A stretch of DNA of 64,000 nt from Rhodothermales bacterium (GTDB lineage Bacteria > Bacteroidota > Rhodothermia > Rhodothermales > Bin80): contig OZ244857.1 of the NCBI GenBank assembly GCA_965220935.1, positions 1,672,929 to 1,736,928 on the forward strand. The letters are read 5' to 3'. The notes beneath the pieces are model-generated. The model ran no database searches. It had not been told where the DNA came from and saw only the letters and a program-made list of their open reading frames with translations. Shown piece after piece: positions 1-8,429 of the stretch. Positions within the stretch are counted from its first letter, which is position 1, and each line of letters starts with the position of its first letter. Position numbers and translations under genes: made by a program.

Positions 1-34
1 AGTTGTAGACACGACATCAGCTGTCAGTGACTCA

Positions 35-949
35 TTGACAATGCATAGTCCAGTTGACACCTCAGCTGCAAGCACCTCTACAATTCCACAGGCCTTTATG
101 GATGCAGGCACTTTGGTATATGAGGGACGGTTCTCGGAAGCTTGGAGCGCTGTATCAATAGATATCGCTTCTGGCATTGCAGGTATGGCTCCAAAACTTG
201 TTGGAGCCATTGCAGTGTTGATCATTTTTTATTCAGCCTACCGAATTCTATACAATCTACTTCGACGGATTCTCAAACGAAGTAATGCAGTTCAAATTGG
301 GCTGCAGACTTTGGCCATGCAGTCATTCAGACTTCTCTCGTTCATCCTTATTGGAATCACTATTTTACAAACGCTCGGTGTTGATCTCGCCGCCCTCATA
401 GCTGGTATAGGAGTTGCTGGCATTGCTTTTGGCTTTGCCGCCCGCGATACTGTTGAAAACATCTTATCTGGCGTCAATATTCTGACTGATAAGGCGTTCC
501 GTATTGGTGATACCCTAATTGTATCTGATACCTATTGTGTGGTTGAAAATATTACACTGCGCACCACGCGACTGCGCACACCGAAGAATGAAGTTCTAAT
601 CATTCCTAACCAGCAAATGGCAAACGAACGAATTCTAAATCATACCATTGGTGGGCAGCTTAGAATTGAGATCCCTTTCTCCATAGCTTATAAAGAACAC
701 CCTGCCGAAGCACGAAAGGTTGTTTTAGATTTGACAAAAGATGATCCACGCCTCCTCACAGACCCTACTCCTAAGGTGATTGTCGTCGCCTTAAATGACA
801 GCAGTGTTGATATGAGTCTCTGGGTCTATGTGTCTAATCCTAGTGCTGAGCGCCAAATCATTTACTATTATACCGAGGCAATCAAAGAAGGACTAAATCA
901 AGCTGGCATTGAAATTCCGTTCCCTCACATTCAAGTCATTCAAGAATAA
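35..949 (+). CDS. MscS-family small-conductance mechanosensitive channel
   Basis: 304-aa ORF with three hydrophobic helices (GIAGMAPKLVGAIAVLIIF, LLSFILIGITILQTL, LIAGIGVAGIAFGFAA). These are followed by the MscS beta-domain signature ENILSGVNILTDKAFRIGDTLIV. The ATG at 41 is a likelier start than the TTG at 35. Confidence 0.85.
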   Translation: MTMHSPVDTSAASTSTIPQAFMDAGTLVYEGRFSEAWSAVSIDIASGIAGMAPKLVGAIAVLIIFYSAYRILYNLLRRILKRSNAVQIGLQTLAMQSFRLLSFILIGITILQTLGVDLAALIAGIGVAGIAFGFAARDTVENILSGVNILTDKAFRIGDTLIVSDTYCVVENITLRTTRLRTPKNEVLIIPNQQMANERILNHTIGGQLRIEIPFSIAYKEHPAEARKVVLDLTKDDPRLLTDPTPKVIVVALNDSSVDMSLWVYVSNPSAERQIIYYYTEAIKEGLNQAGIEIPFPHIQVIQE

Positions 950-1169
950 GGTTTCTGATAAGATTTTCTCATTTGATTGTCAATTCAGGAAAAACCGTGT
1001 GTCTATATTATATATTCCGTCATATTTGAGGTATCCCTAATTAGATGACTTTTTGCAATATCGAAAAATTATTCTCGTCTAAGTTACACCTTTAACTCCA
1101 TATCACGCTCATCAAAATCTTTTATGCGTTTCAACTTTCTATGGATATCCATGCTATGCATCTATTACA

Positions 1170-1276
1170 TCACTGCACCCGCATCAAGTGCCCGACCTGC
1201 ACCGCTGATGTGCTACTTTCCAGCGAGCTGGCCATGACCCGATAGAGATAGGCCCCCGCAGGCAGGCTAACTGATC
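1170..1276 (-). other. Out-of-frame 3' tail that encodes the missing end of the T9SS C-terminal domain of the 1184..6652 gene
   Basis: In the alternative minus-strand frame this stretch reads SLPAGAYLYRVMASSLESSTSAVQVGHLMRVQ*. That aligns with the paralog's C-terminus LPSGPYLYQLRAISLEDHSSSVYVGHFISVQ*. The annotated frame instead reads LACLRGPISIGSWPARWKVAHQRCRSGT*. This implies a 1-nt indel near 1266..1276 (minus strand gatcagttagc). Confidence 0.8.
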
Positions 1277-4200
1277 CAGCGTGAGTTCATGCTCCCACCC
1301 CGCGGTCAGGCTCACCAGAGGATGGGCATAAACGCGCCGACCCGTAACATCCAGCACATCTATCTCAACTTGGGCCGGCCACGGCAGATCAAACACAATG
1401 CGTGTGGAACGGGTAAACGGATTCGGATAATTGGCATGCACGGTCAACGTCTGCGGAAGCGCGGTCTGCGCTTCTGCATGGACAGTAGACACCACCTCAA
1501 TGCTAAAGTTCAGACTATCTTCCGCGCCATGCACATCCACGGCTTTAAACGTCATCGGCGTTGGTGGGGTGACGGCTAGTGGCGTTCCACTGACGGTTCG
1601 GGTGGGGAGGTCAAACAAAAGCCCACTCGGCAGGGACAACACCGTGAATGAATAGGTGACCGGGTCTTTTCCACCGCTCACCTCTGGCAGGACGAGCATT
1701 CCAATGGGTTGCCCCCTTGGAACCACCTGATCGTCCACACGCGTTGTAAAGGACATGCGATAGACCTCAAGGCCGAAGTCTTGACGGGCCACGCTCCCAG
1801 TTGCGTCCTGCACGGCCCAAGTAAATGATGTCATCGCCGTGAGTTCTGAAGGGGTGCCACGGAGTGTGCGCTCCGAGCGCGTCAGCCCCGCGGGTAAGTC
1901 GGGTGTCAAGGTGTAGGTATAGGGCATGGTGCCATCGGTCGCCTCTGGAAGCATCACCTGAGCGATGGGCTGCCCAATCGGATAGATTTGATCGCTGATC
2001 GTGCTGCTTAGCGATAAGGCCTTGGGCGTGACATTGACCACCTCTGATGGTGTGCCCTGACCAATGGCATTAAGCGCAATCACCCGAAAATAGACAGGAG
2101 GGGGCAGATTGGTGACGGTATACGTGGTCGACGGTGTACTGGCCACCAAGACCGTCCAATCCGATTGTCCATCAGACGATGTGTCAATGCGGTAGCCCGT
2201 GATCGCAGATCCTCCGTCATCTAAGGGCGCGGTCCACGAGAGAACCAGGGTCGATGGCCCCGACGCTGTGATCGTTAACTCTGTGGGCGCATCGGGCGTT
2301 GCCAGGGCATCGGTGGTGGCACTGACGGTATTGGATGCATCGCTATTGCCAACGCTATTGATCGCACGGACTCGATAAACCTGCGTCGTACCCGCAGCGA
2401 GATTGGTGTGCGTATAGGTGGTTGCCCTGGTCGTCGCCAGCTCCGACCAAGCCCCCGCATTAGAGACTTCAATCTGATAGCCGGTGATCGTCGCACCCCC
2501 ATTATCAGAGGGGGCAGTCCACGACAGGTTGATGCTGGTTCGCCCTGCAGCTGTCGCGGTGAGCTGCGAGGGAGCATCGGGCACTGTGGCATTGGGCGTG
2601 TCGGTAGTGGCGCTACTTGTCGACGATACAGCCCCCGGTCCAACCGAATTGATCGCACGCACCCGATAGTGACGCGTCACGCCTGCCGAAAGCCCTGTGT
2701 GCGCATAGGTGGTCGTGGTGGACTGGGTATTGGCCACCAAATTGGTCCATGTGTTCGCTGTTCCCGTATTAGACACTTCAATCTGGTAGCCCGTAATCGC
2801 CGCGCCGCCGGTATTGGTAGGTGCGGTCCACGACAGGTTGATGCTGGTTCGCCCTGTAGCTGTCGCGGTGAGCTGCGTGGGCGCAGCGGGCACGGTGGCA
2901 TTGGGCGTGTCGGTGGTGGCGCTCCTTGTCGCCGATACAGCCCCCGGTCCAACCGAATTGATCGCACGCACCCGATAGTGACGCGTCACGCCTGCCGAAA
3001 GCCCTGTGTGCGCATATGTGGTCGCAGTCGTATTCGCCACCAAGTCCGACCAGTTACTGGTGCCACTGGGCGAGACCTCAATCTGATAACCCGTGATGGG
3101 CGCGCCGCCGGTATTGGTAGGTGCGGTCCACGACAGGTTGATGATGGTTTGCCCGTCTGCCGTTGCGGTCAGTCCAGTCGGCGCGCCCGGTGCTGTCGCG
3201 GCTGCGGTGGTGGCATTGGCCACATTAGAAGGCGCCCCAGAGTTAACCGAGTTGATCGCACGCACCCGGTAATGCCGCGTGGTAGTGGCACTGAGTCCTG
3301 TATGGGCGTAGGTGGTCGCAGTGGATCTCGTATTGGCCTGCTGATTGGTCCAGTTTGACGTGCCATTGGGCGAAACCTCAATCCGATAGCCAGTAATATC
3401 TGCGCCCCCCGTATTGGATGGCGCCGTCCATGAAAGATTGATGATCGTCGGGCCCGAGGCCGTGGCCGTCAATCCCGTTGGCGCATCAGGGGCTGTGGCC
3501 GTAGCAATCGTTATCGTTAGAAAAGCGGCGGCGGAGAACTGACTCTGAAGGGATTCGTTCTCGCTCTGACCAATCCAGGTGGTAACCCGATACCCATAGG
3601 TCTTACCCGCCGATACCTGAGCATCGGTATAGGTTGTCGTGGTGACATCCCGTGCGAACAGTGACCAAAAATCCCCATCATCATCAGATTTGTAAACATT
3701 ATATCCAAACGTCTGATGGCCGGAAGGAAGATCGGTCGGGGCATCCCAGGAAATTTGCGCCGCGTTGGCCGACGTCTGGCGCACCCGTACATTGGTGGCA
3801 ATGCCTGACCCAGAGGCCGAGGCGGCTGTGACCGACACTGCATCCGAAGGGGCACTATCTCCCGATGCACTGCGTGCCAGAACCCGAAAATGAAACACGC
3901 TCCCCGGCGTCAAGCGACTACTGAGAAACTCGTACCTCGTCCGAGTCAGATCGTCGTATCCAATCAACGTCTCCCAGTTGGTGCCACCATCGGTAGACCA
4001 TTCCACCTTGTATCCTGTGATCGGCGAATCACTGGGCGGACGTCCCCAGGTAAGTCTCACATCATGAAAACCTGTAGGAAAAACCTGTAAATCGGGCGGG
4101 GCACCCGGGGCTCTGACGGCGGCGGTCGTGGCACTGGCCACATTGGACGCTGCTGCACTGGTCCCCTTTGAATTTCTGGCATAGACCCGGTAATGCCGCG

Positions 4201-6652
4201 TCGTACCCGCCGTGAGCCCCGTATGGCTGTAGGTGCGCCCCGTTCCCGTGTGTGCAGGCGTAACATTGGTCCACGTGTCCGTGCCATTGGGCGAGACTTC
4301 AATCTGGTAGCCCGTAATCGGTACCCCGCCTCTATTGGTCGGGGCTTTCCAAGACAGATTGATGGTCGTTTGCCCGTCGGCCGCAGCGGTCAACTCCGTA
4401 GGAGCCGCAGGGACCGTGGCAGGGAGGGTCGTGGTATTGGCCACATTGGAGACGGCCCCCGCTCCCTGCGAATTGATCGCGCTGACCCGGTAGTACCGCC
4501 TGGTGCCGGCATCCAAGCCCCCATGGACATAGCCGGTCGTGGTGGACCCAGTATTGGCCACCAAATCATCCCAGTTAGAGGTGCCATTGGGCGAGACTTC
4601 AATCTGGTAGCCCGTAATGGCTGCGCCCCCGGTATTGGTGGGCGCGTTCCAGGATAGGCTGATCGTTTCCGGGCCTTCAGCCTCGGCCCTTAACCCCGTG
4701 GGGGCCGCGGGCGTGGTGAGGGTCGGTGCCGCCGCCGTGGTCGCATTGACGGTACCAGAACTGGTGCCCTCACCCACCGAGTTGCGGGCAAAGACCCGGT
4801 AATGTCGCGTCGTGCCTGCGCTGAGCCCCGTATGGCGGTAGGTGCGACCTGTTCCGGTGTGTGCAGGCGTAACATTCGTCCATGGCGCATTTCCGTTGGA
4901 CGACCACTGCACCCGGTAGCCCGTAATGGCCCTGCCCCCATTATCGGCCGGGAGCGTCCATCTCAGATTGATCACCGTTTGCCCGTCGGCCGTGGCGGTT
5001 ACATTCCTGGGCACACCCGGAGCTGTGGCTGCGGCGGTCGTGGCATTGGCCACATTCGAGCGATCACTAAAGCCCAGCCCCGAACTATTGGCCGCAACCA
5101 CCCGGTAATCGCGCCGCGTCCCCGCCGAAAGTCCCGTATGCGAATAGGTGGTGGCTCCCCGGACGTCGGCCAAACCGGTCCAACTAGTTCCTTGATTCGT
5201 TGACACGCCAACGCGATAATAGGTAATGGGTGAGCCGCCGTCATCTGCAGGGGCCGTCCAGTTTAGGATGATCGTGGTGCGGCCCGAAGCCGTGGCCCTC
5301 AAGTTCCTGGGGGCACTGGGGCGCGAGGCGGCCGCGGTGATGGCCGTGGCGGAACTGGATGCCGCCCCTGCTCCTTCGGAATTGATCGCGCGGACCCGGT
5401 AAAACCGCTGGGTCGATGGCGCGAGTCCGGTATGTGTCGTGTCCGTTTTGGTGGTTTTGGTGTCAGTGACGAGAGTGCTGAAGCTGGTTTCGGATCGCAG
5501 CCTTGACTCAATCCGGTAGCCCGTGATGGCCGCGCCGCCGTTGTCGGTGGGGGCCGTCCATGTTAACTTGATCTTCGTCCGACCATCGGCGGTGGCCGTT
5601 AATCCCGTCGGAGCGGCGGGGGCGGTCAGGGCGGCGGTGGTAGGTTGAACCAATTTAAACGAATCATCACTACCAATGGCATTAATGGGTTGTACACTAA
5701 TGGTATATTTCGTGGATGCCATAAGCCCAGTGACCGTGTAACTTCTAACTGTTGGTTCAACATCAACGAAAGTTTCAGTACTAAAATCCTCGCCAACAAG
5801 AACGCGTACCCTGTACCCCGTGATCGGCGAGCCTCCCGTTTCTGTGGGTGGAGTCCACGAAATGTCAATGGTGGAAGGCCCCGTAACCGTCGCTGTAAGT
5901 GTCGCAGGTGAACCAGGGCGGGTGGCGCGACTAGTGGTGGGTTGAACAAATTTAAACGAACCATCACTACCAATGGCATTATTGGGTCGTACACTAATGG
6001 TATATTTCGTAGATGCCAGTAGCCCAGTGATCGTATAGCTTCTAACTGTTGGTTCAACATCAACGAAAGTTTCAGTTGTAAAATCCTCGCCAACAAAAAC
6101 GCGTACCCTGTACCCCGTGATCGGACTCCCCCCATCATCGCCGGGTGTCCATGAAACAGTAATCATGGAAGGGCTGTCAACTTTTGCTGTCAGTGTAGAT
6201 GGTGGACCAGGGCGGGTTCGCCCGTTGGTCGTTCCAGAGACGACATCGGACCAGGGACCATCCCCGTCGGCATCCCTACTTCGGATCCGGATATGGCGCG
6301 TGGTGCCTGGCGAGAGGCCAGTGAAAAGCGTTTCCGTTAGTCCGCCTGAAACCGTGCGAAGATCCTTCCAGTCTGAGGTTCCATCCGACGACCACTCAAT
6401 CTCATGCCCTGTGATGGCTTTATTCCCATTCGGGTTGGCCGTCCAGGAAATGGAAAGGGTCTCGCGTGCATTGCGCCCGGTTTGATAGGGTGCAACGGTC
6501 ACGCCTGTGGGTTTTCCGGGCGGGCGTTGGCCTGCCGTCGTCTCATGGAAGCGTTCTTGATCCGTGTCAGAAAGCGGAGTCGACTTTGAAGAAAGTAGGG
6601 CGTCGCCTGCAATCTTATTCTCACCGTCACGCTCTGATGCACTCAGCTGCAC
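1184..6652 (-). CDS. Giant fibronectin type III repeat surface protein with a T9SS C-terminal sorting domain. This is the central ORF; both the N-terminal signal peptide and the end of the CTD are out of frame.
   Basis: 1822-aa ORF. About 15 FN3 modules are recognisable from the recurring motif P..LTA.A.G.T.I.LSWTAP...GG..ITGY(Q/R)IEVS...HTGL..G..R.YRV.A.N. Two Ig/cadherin-like modules follow (MPYTYTLTPDLPAGL...GTPSE and VTYSFTVLSLPSGLLFD...SGTP). The sequence NYPNPFTRSTRIVFDLPWPAQVEIDVLDVTGRRV is a Por/T9SS CTD. The ORF starts at a GTG and has no signal peptide of its own. Confidence 0.9.
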   Translation of the reverse strand: MQLSASERDGENKIAGDALLSSKSTPLSDTDQERFHETTAGQRPPGKPTGVTVAPYQTGRNARETLSISWTANPNGNKAITGHEIEWSSDGTSDWKDLRTVSGGLTETLFTGLSPGTTRHIRIRSRDADGDGPWSDVVSGTTNGRTRPGPPSTLTAKVDSPSMITVSWTPGDDGGSPITGYRVRVFVGEDFTTETFVDVEPTVRSYTITGLLASTKYTISVRPNNAIGSDGSFKFVQPTTSRATRPGSPATLTATVTGPSTIDISWTPPTETGGSPITGYRVRVLVGEDFSTETFVDVEPTVRSYTVTGLMASTKYTISVQPINAIGSDDSFKLVQPTTAALTAPAAPTGLTATADGRTKIKLTWTAPTDNGGAAITGYRIESRLRSETSFSTLVTDTKTTKTDTTHTGLAPSTQRFYRVRAINSEGAGAASSSATAITAAASRPSAPRNLRATASGRTTIILNWTAPADDGGSPITYYRVGVSTNQGTSWTGLADVRGATTYSHTGLSAGTRRDYRVVAANSSGLGFSDRSNVANATTAAATAPGVPRNVTATADGQTVINLRWTLPADNGGRAITGYRVQWSSNGNAPWTNVTPAHTGTGRTYRHTGLSAGTTRHYRVFARNSVGEGTSSGTVNATTAAAPTLTTPAAPTGLRAEAEGPETISLSWNAPTNTGGAAITGYQIEVSPNGTSNWDDLVANTGSTTTGYVHGGLDAGTRRYYRVSAINSQGAGAVSNVANTTTLPATVPAAPTELTAAADGQTTINLSWKAPTNRGGVPITGYQIEVSPNGTDTWTNVTPAHTGTGRTYSHTGLTAGTTRHYRVYARNSKGTSAAASNVASATTAAVRAPGAPPDLQVFPTGFHDVRLTWGRPPSDSPITGYKVEWSTDGGTNWETLIGYDDLTRTRYEFLSSRLTPGSVFHFRVLARSASGDSAPSDAVSVTAASASGSGIATNVRVRQTSANAAQISWDAPTDLPSGHQTFGYNVYKSDDDGDFWSLFARDVTTTTYTDAQVSAGKTYGYRVTTWIGQSENESLQSQFSAAAFLTITIATATAPDAPTGLTATASGPTIINLSWTAPSNTGGADITGYRIEVSPNGTSNWTNQQANTRSTATTYAHTGLSATTTRHYRVRAINSVNSGAPSNVANATTAAATAPGAPTGLTATADGQTIINLSWTAPTNTGGAPITGYQIEVSPSGTSNWSDLVANTTATTYAHTGLSAGVTRHYRVRAINSVGPGAVSATRSATTDTPNATVPAAPTQLTATATGRTSINLSWTAPTNTGGAAITGYQIEVSNTGTANTWTNLVANTQSTTTTYAHTGLSAGVTRHYRVRAINSVGPGAVSSTSSATTDTPNATVPDAPSQLTATAAGRTSINLSWTAPSDNGGATITGYQIEVSNAGAWSELATTRATTYTHTNLAAGTTQVYRVRAINSVGNSDASNTVSATTDALATPDAPTELTITASGPSTLVLSWTAPLDDGGSAITGYRIDTSSDGQSDWTVLVASTPSTTYTVTNLPPPVYFRVIALNAIGQGTPSEVVNVTPKALSLSSTISDQIYPIGQPIAQVMLPEATDGTMPYTYTLTPDLPAGLTRSERTLRGTPSELTAMTSFTWAVQDATGSVARQDFGLEVYRMSFTTRVDDQVVPRGQPIGMLVLPEVSGGKDPVTYSFTVLSLPSGLLFDLPTRTVSGTPLAVTPPTPMTFKAVDVHGAEDSLNFSIEVVSTVHAEAQTALPQTLTVHANYPNPFTRSTRIVFDLPWPAQVEIDVLDVTGRRVYAHPLVSLTAGWEHELTLDQLACLRGPISIGSWPARWKVAHQRCRSGT
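2460..3160. repeat. Near-identical tandem DNA repeats with a 309-nt period (one FN3 module each) inside the giant gene
   Basis: The string caaccgaattgatcgcacgcacccgatagtgacgcgtcacgcctgccgaaagccctgtgtgcgcata occurs at 2641 and again at 2950, an offset of 309 nt or 103 codons. The flanking sequence is also nearly identical. Confidence 0.9.
5643..6236. repeat. Two tandem copies, about 297 nt each, of a low-G+C FN3 module
   Basis: Units start near 5643 and 5940 (ggttgaac(c/a)aatttaaacgaa(t/c)catcactaccaatggcatta...). They encode ...SPITGYRVRV(L/F)VGEDF(S/T)TETFVDVEPTVRSYT(V/I)TGL.ASTKYTISV... They are visibly AT-richer than the rest of the gene. Confidence 0.9.
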
Positions 6653-6659
6653 ACCCGTC

Positions 6660-6794
6660 TCACTGGATGAAGAAAATTGGGGGGGGGGGTAATCTCAAAA
6701 AGTAGTCACTCACATTTGTATGGAGAGAGTCAGCACTCACAACAGATCCGTGAGCCATAAAAGAAACGCAGAGTAAAGTATTGAGAATTAACAT
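6660..6794 (-). other. Detached leader ORF encoding the Sec signal peptide of the giant FN3 gene. It ends just after the poly-C tract.
   Basis: Hand translation from the ATG at 6794 gives MLILNTLLCVSFMAHGSVVSADSLHTNVSDYFLRLPPPPIFFIQ*. It has a hydrophobic signal-peptide core and then L-PPPP-IF, exactly as in the paralog (MPILNFLLVVLLAS...SSILPPPPIFSGD). It is in the +1 frame relative to ORF 1184..6652. Confidence 0.8.
6679..6689. repeat. G11 homopolymer (C11 on the coding strand) between the signal-peptide leader and the body of FN3 gene 1
   Basis: Counted directly from ...aaaatt gg ggggggggg taatc. A tract of C10 or C13 would fuse the leader to the 1822-aa ORF (TTA CCC CCC CCC CAA TTT TCT TCA TCC AGT GAG ACG GGT GTG CAG...). 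Confidence 0.95.
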
Positions 6795-7122
6795 AATAAA
6801 TTAATGAGGTTATGAACCGTACCAGTCACTAAAAAACAGTCTACAATCAAAAGACTGTAAAGGTTCCTTATGAATGATAACTACTGTGCTACTGTTGTGT
6901 TGATTAACTGCCAAAAACATCCAAAATATTAGATATCAATTCTCTAGGAAGCCAAAGGAAACAACGCCGAGTACAAAGAAAAACTTAGTGCCTCTAGACC
7001 ATTCTATCAGCCCAAAATACATTTTGGGCTTCTACTCAGTCTTTTTCAAGATGACACGTGATAACCGATAGATGCAGATAACAAAATCCTGTGTGAGGTT
7101 TACTGAGCGTGAATAATTGTTG

Positions 7123-8049
7123 CTATGATTCTGCCCAGGGAATCCATCCATCCCACTTATGACCAAAATCAAATTGTTCAGGATATAGACATTCAGCGAG
7201 AATTTCTGCCGACTCAACAACTCGGGGCCCAGGCCGATTAAAATACTGATTCCCATCGGTCACATAAATTCTGCCATTCTTCACAGCTGACAGGTTTTTC
7301 CATTCCAGATGTGAGGTCAGTGGCTCCATCTCACGAAGACATCGCTCTATACCAAACCCGCAGGGCATGATTGCAATAACGTCGGGTTGTTGCGATATGA
7401 GGTCGTCCATTGAATAGTATCCTGAATGCTTGCCAGACTCGCTAAATAGATTTTGGCCTCCAGCAAAATCTACAAGAGTCGGAACCCAGTTCGCTGCAAT
7501 CATCAATGGATCAGTCCATTCAATACAAGCGATCCTTGGCTTCCAGGCGATTTTTTGAGTCTGATGATGGATTGACCTTAGTCGATTTTGCAAATTGGCG
7601 GTTAATTCTACTCCCCTATCTGGAACACCTAGTGCACTTGCAACCAACTGGATGTCAACCCATATATCTTCAAGCGACATGGGTTCTAATGAGACAATAG
7701 CAGGCGCGGAGCTCACCAATCTGCTGACCGCTAGTTCAACATCCTTGAGACTCACAGCACAAACTTCGCACTGTGTTTGTGTGACGATGAGCGTTGGTGA
7801 CAGTTGATTCATCAGATCGGAATCAACCTTGTATACAGATAAGCCCTCGTTAACGATCCCACGAACCTGATCGTCTATTTCACCACTGGATAATTCAGTT
7901 TGTACCTTTGAAGAAGAGCATACGGGGATGTGTTTGATCGTAAGAGGATAGTCGCATTCATGTGATTTACCAACAAGATTCTTTTCAAATCCAAGAGCAC
8001 ATACAATTTCTGTAGCACTGGCAATGAGAGATATAATGCGATGATCCAT
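7123..8049 (-). CDS. BtuF/FhuD-like (cluster A/TroA-fold) cobalamin or iron-chelate binding protein without a signal peptide
   Basis: 308 aa. The N-terminus MDHRIISLIASATEIVCALGFEKNLVGKSHECDYP is typical of the periplasmic-binding-protein type 2 (BtuF-like) family. No hydrophobic leader is present, and no permease or ATPase genes are adjacent. Confidence 0.6.
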   Translation of the reverse strand: MDHRIISLIASATEIVCALGFEKNLVGKSHECDYPLTIKHIPVCSSSKVQTELSSGEIDDQVRGIVNEGLSVYKVDSDLMNQLSPTLIVTQTQCEVCAVSLKDVELAVSRLVSSAPAIVSLEPMSLEDIWVDIQLVASALGVPDRGVELTANLQNRLRSIHHQTQKIAWKPRIACIEWTDPLMIAANWVPTLVDFAGGQNLFSESGKHSGYYSMDDLISQQPDVIAIMPCGFGIERCLREMEPLTSHLEWKNLSAVKNGRIYVTDGNQYFNRPGPRVVESAEILAECLYPEQFDFGHKWDGWIPWAES

Positions 8050-8429
8050 TTAGTTCAAATCTACTAGATATTCTTGATCTGCTCATAATTAAATCATGTG
8101 CATATTTGACTGAATATAACGCTCGTCTAAGACCATGGACTTACGGTTTGTGTAATAAGAGAAAAGATTAAACCTGCGGAGCGGGTCTTCTGCTGATCGT
8201 TTTTCTCATTCACCTGAATTTACCCAAGATTCCGTTATTTTTGTGAATATATGGCAAAGTGCCTGAAAACGCATAAACATCATCTATTAGCAAGACGGCT
8301 TACTCAACGAAAAGAGCGATCTAAGACTGACGGATCTTATCTTAGTCCCATCGCATTCAATCAGGTGCTGAGGATTGACCTACCAGTACCGCTGGATAGT
8401 GTCCAATATGATGCTCACAGCCTTTCACT

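Noticed and set aside
2460-3160. Regularly spaced repeats that could superficially suggest a CRISPR-like or satellite array.
   Set aside because: The period is 309 nt and there are no short spacer/repeat units. The repeats are in-frame coding modules of one long ORF. I saw no CRISPR array anywhere in the window.
2408-3358. A 316-aa plus-strand ORF and dozens of other 60-210-aa ORFs overlap the two giant FN3 genes (for example 4193..4657, 4802..5203, 5626..6138, 49619..49954, 50261..50890).
   Set aside because: They lie antisense or out of frame within a G+C-rich repeat gene, where stop codons are rare. Their translations are Arg/Gly/Pro-rich nonsense that repeats with the FN3 period. The minus-strand FN3 frame explains the whole region.
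7009-7030. Perfect 10-bp palindrome AGCCCAAAAT-ac-ATTTTGGGCT downstream of the BtuF-like gene, as a possible bidirectional terminator.
   Set aside because: No U-tract immediately follows on the minus strand, and the T-run on the plus strand is 10 nt away. The stem is mostly A/T. Function is undetermined.
8160-8260. Possible cobalamin riboswitch upstream of the BtuF-like gene. The minus strand has GGGTAAATTCAGGTGAATGAG...ATCAGCAGAAGACCCGCTCC, loosely resembling the GGGAA..GGTG.AA core and the B12 box.
   Set aside because: The match to the B12-box consensus (AGYCMGGAGACCKGCC) is partial. I could not find the ..AA.TCC.. or GCCACTG elements or draw the required pairings. Without a covariance-model score this is not reportable as a feature.
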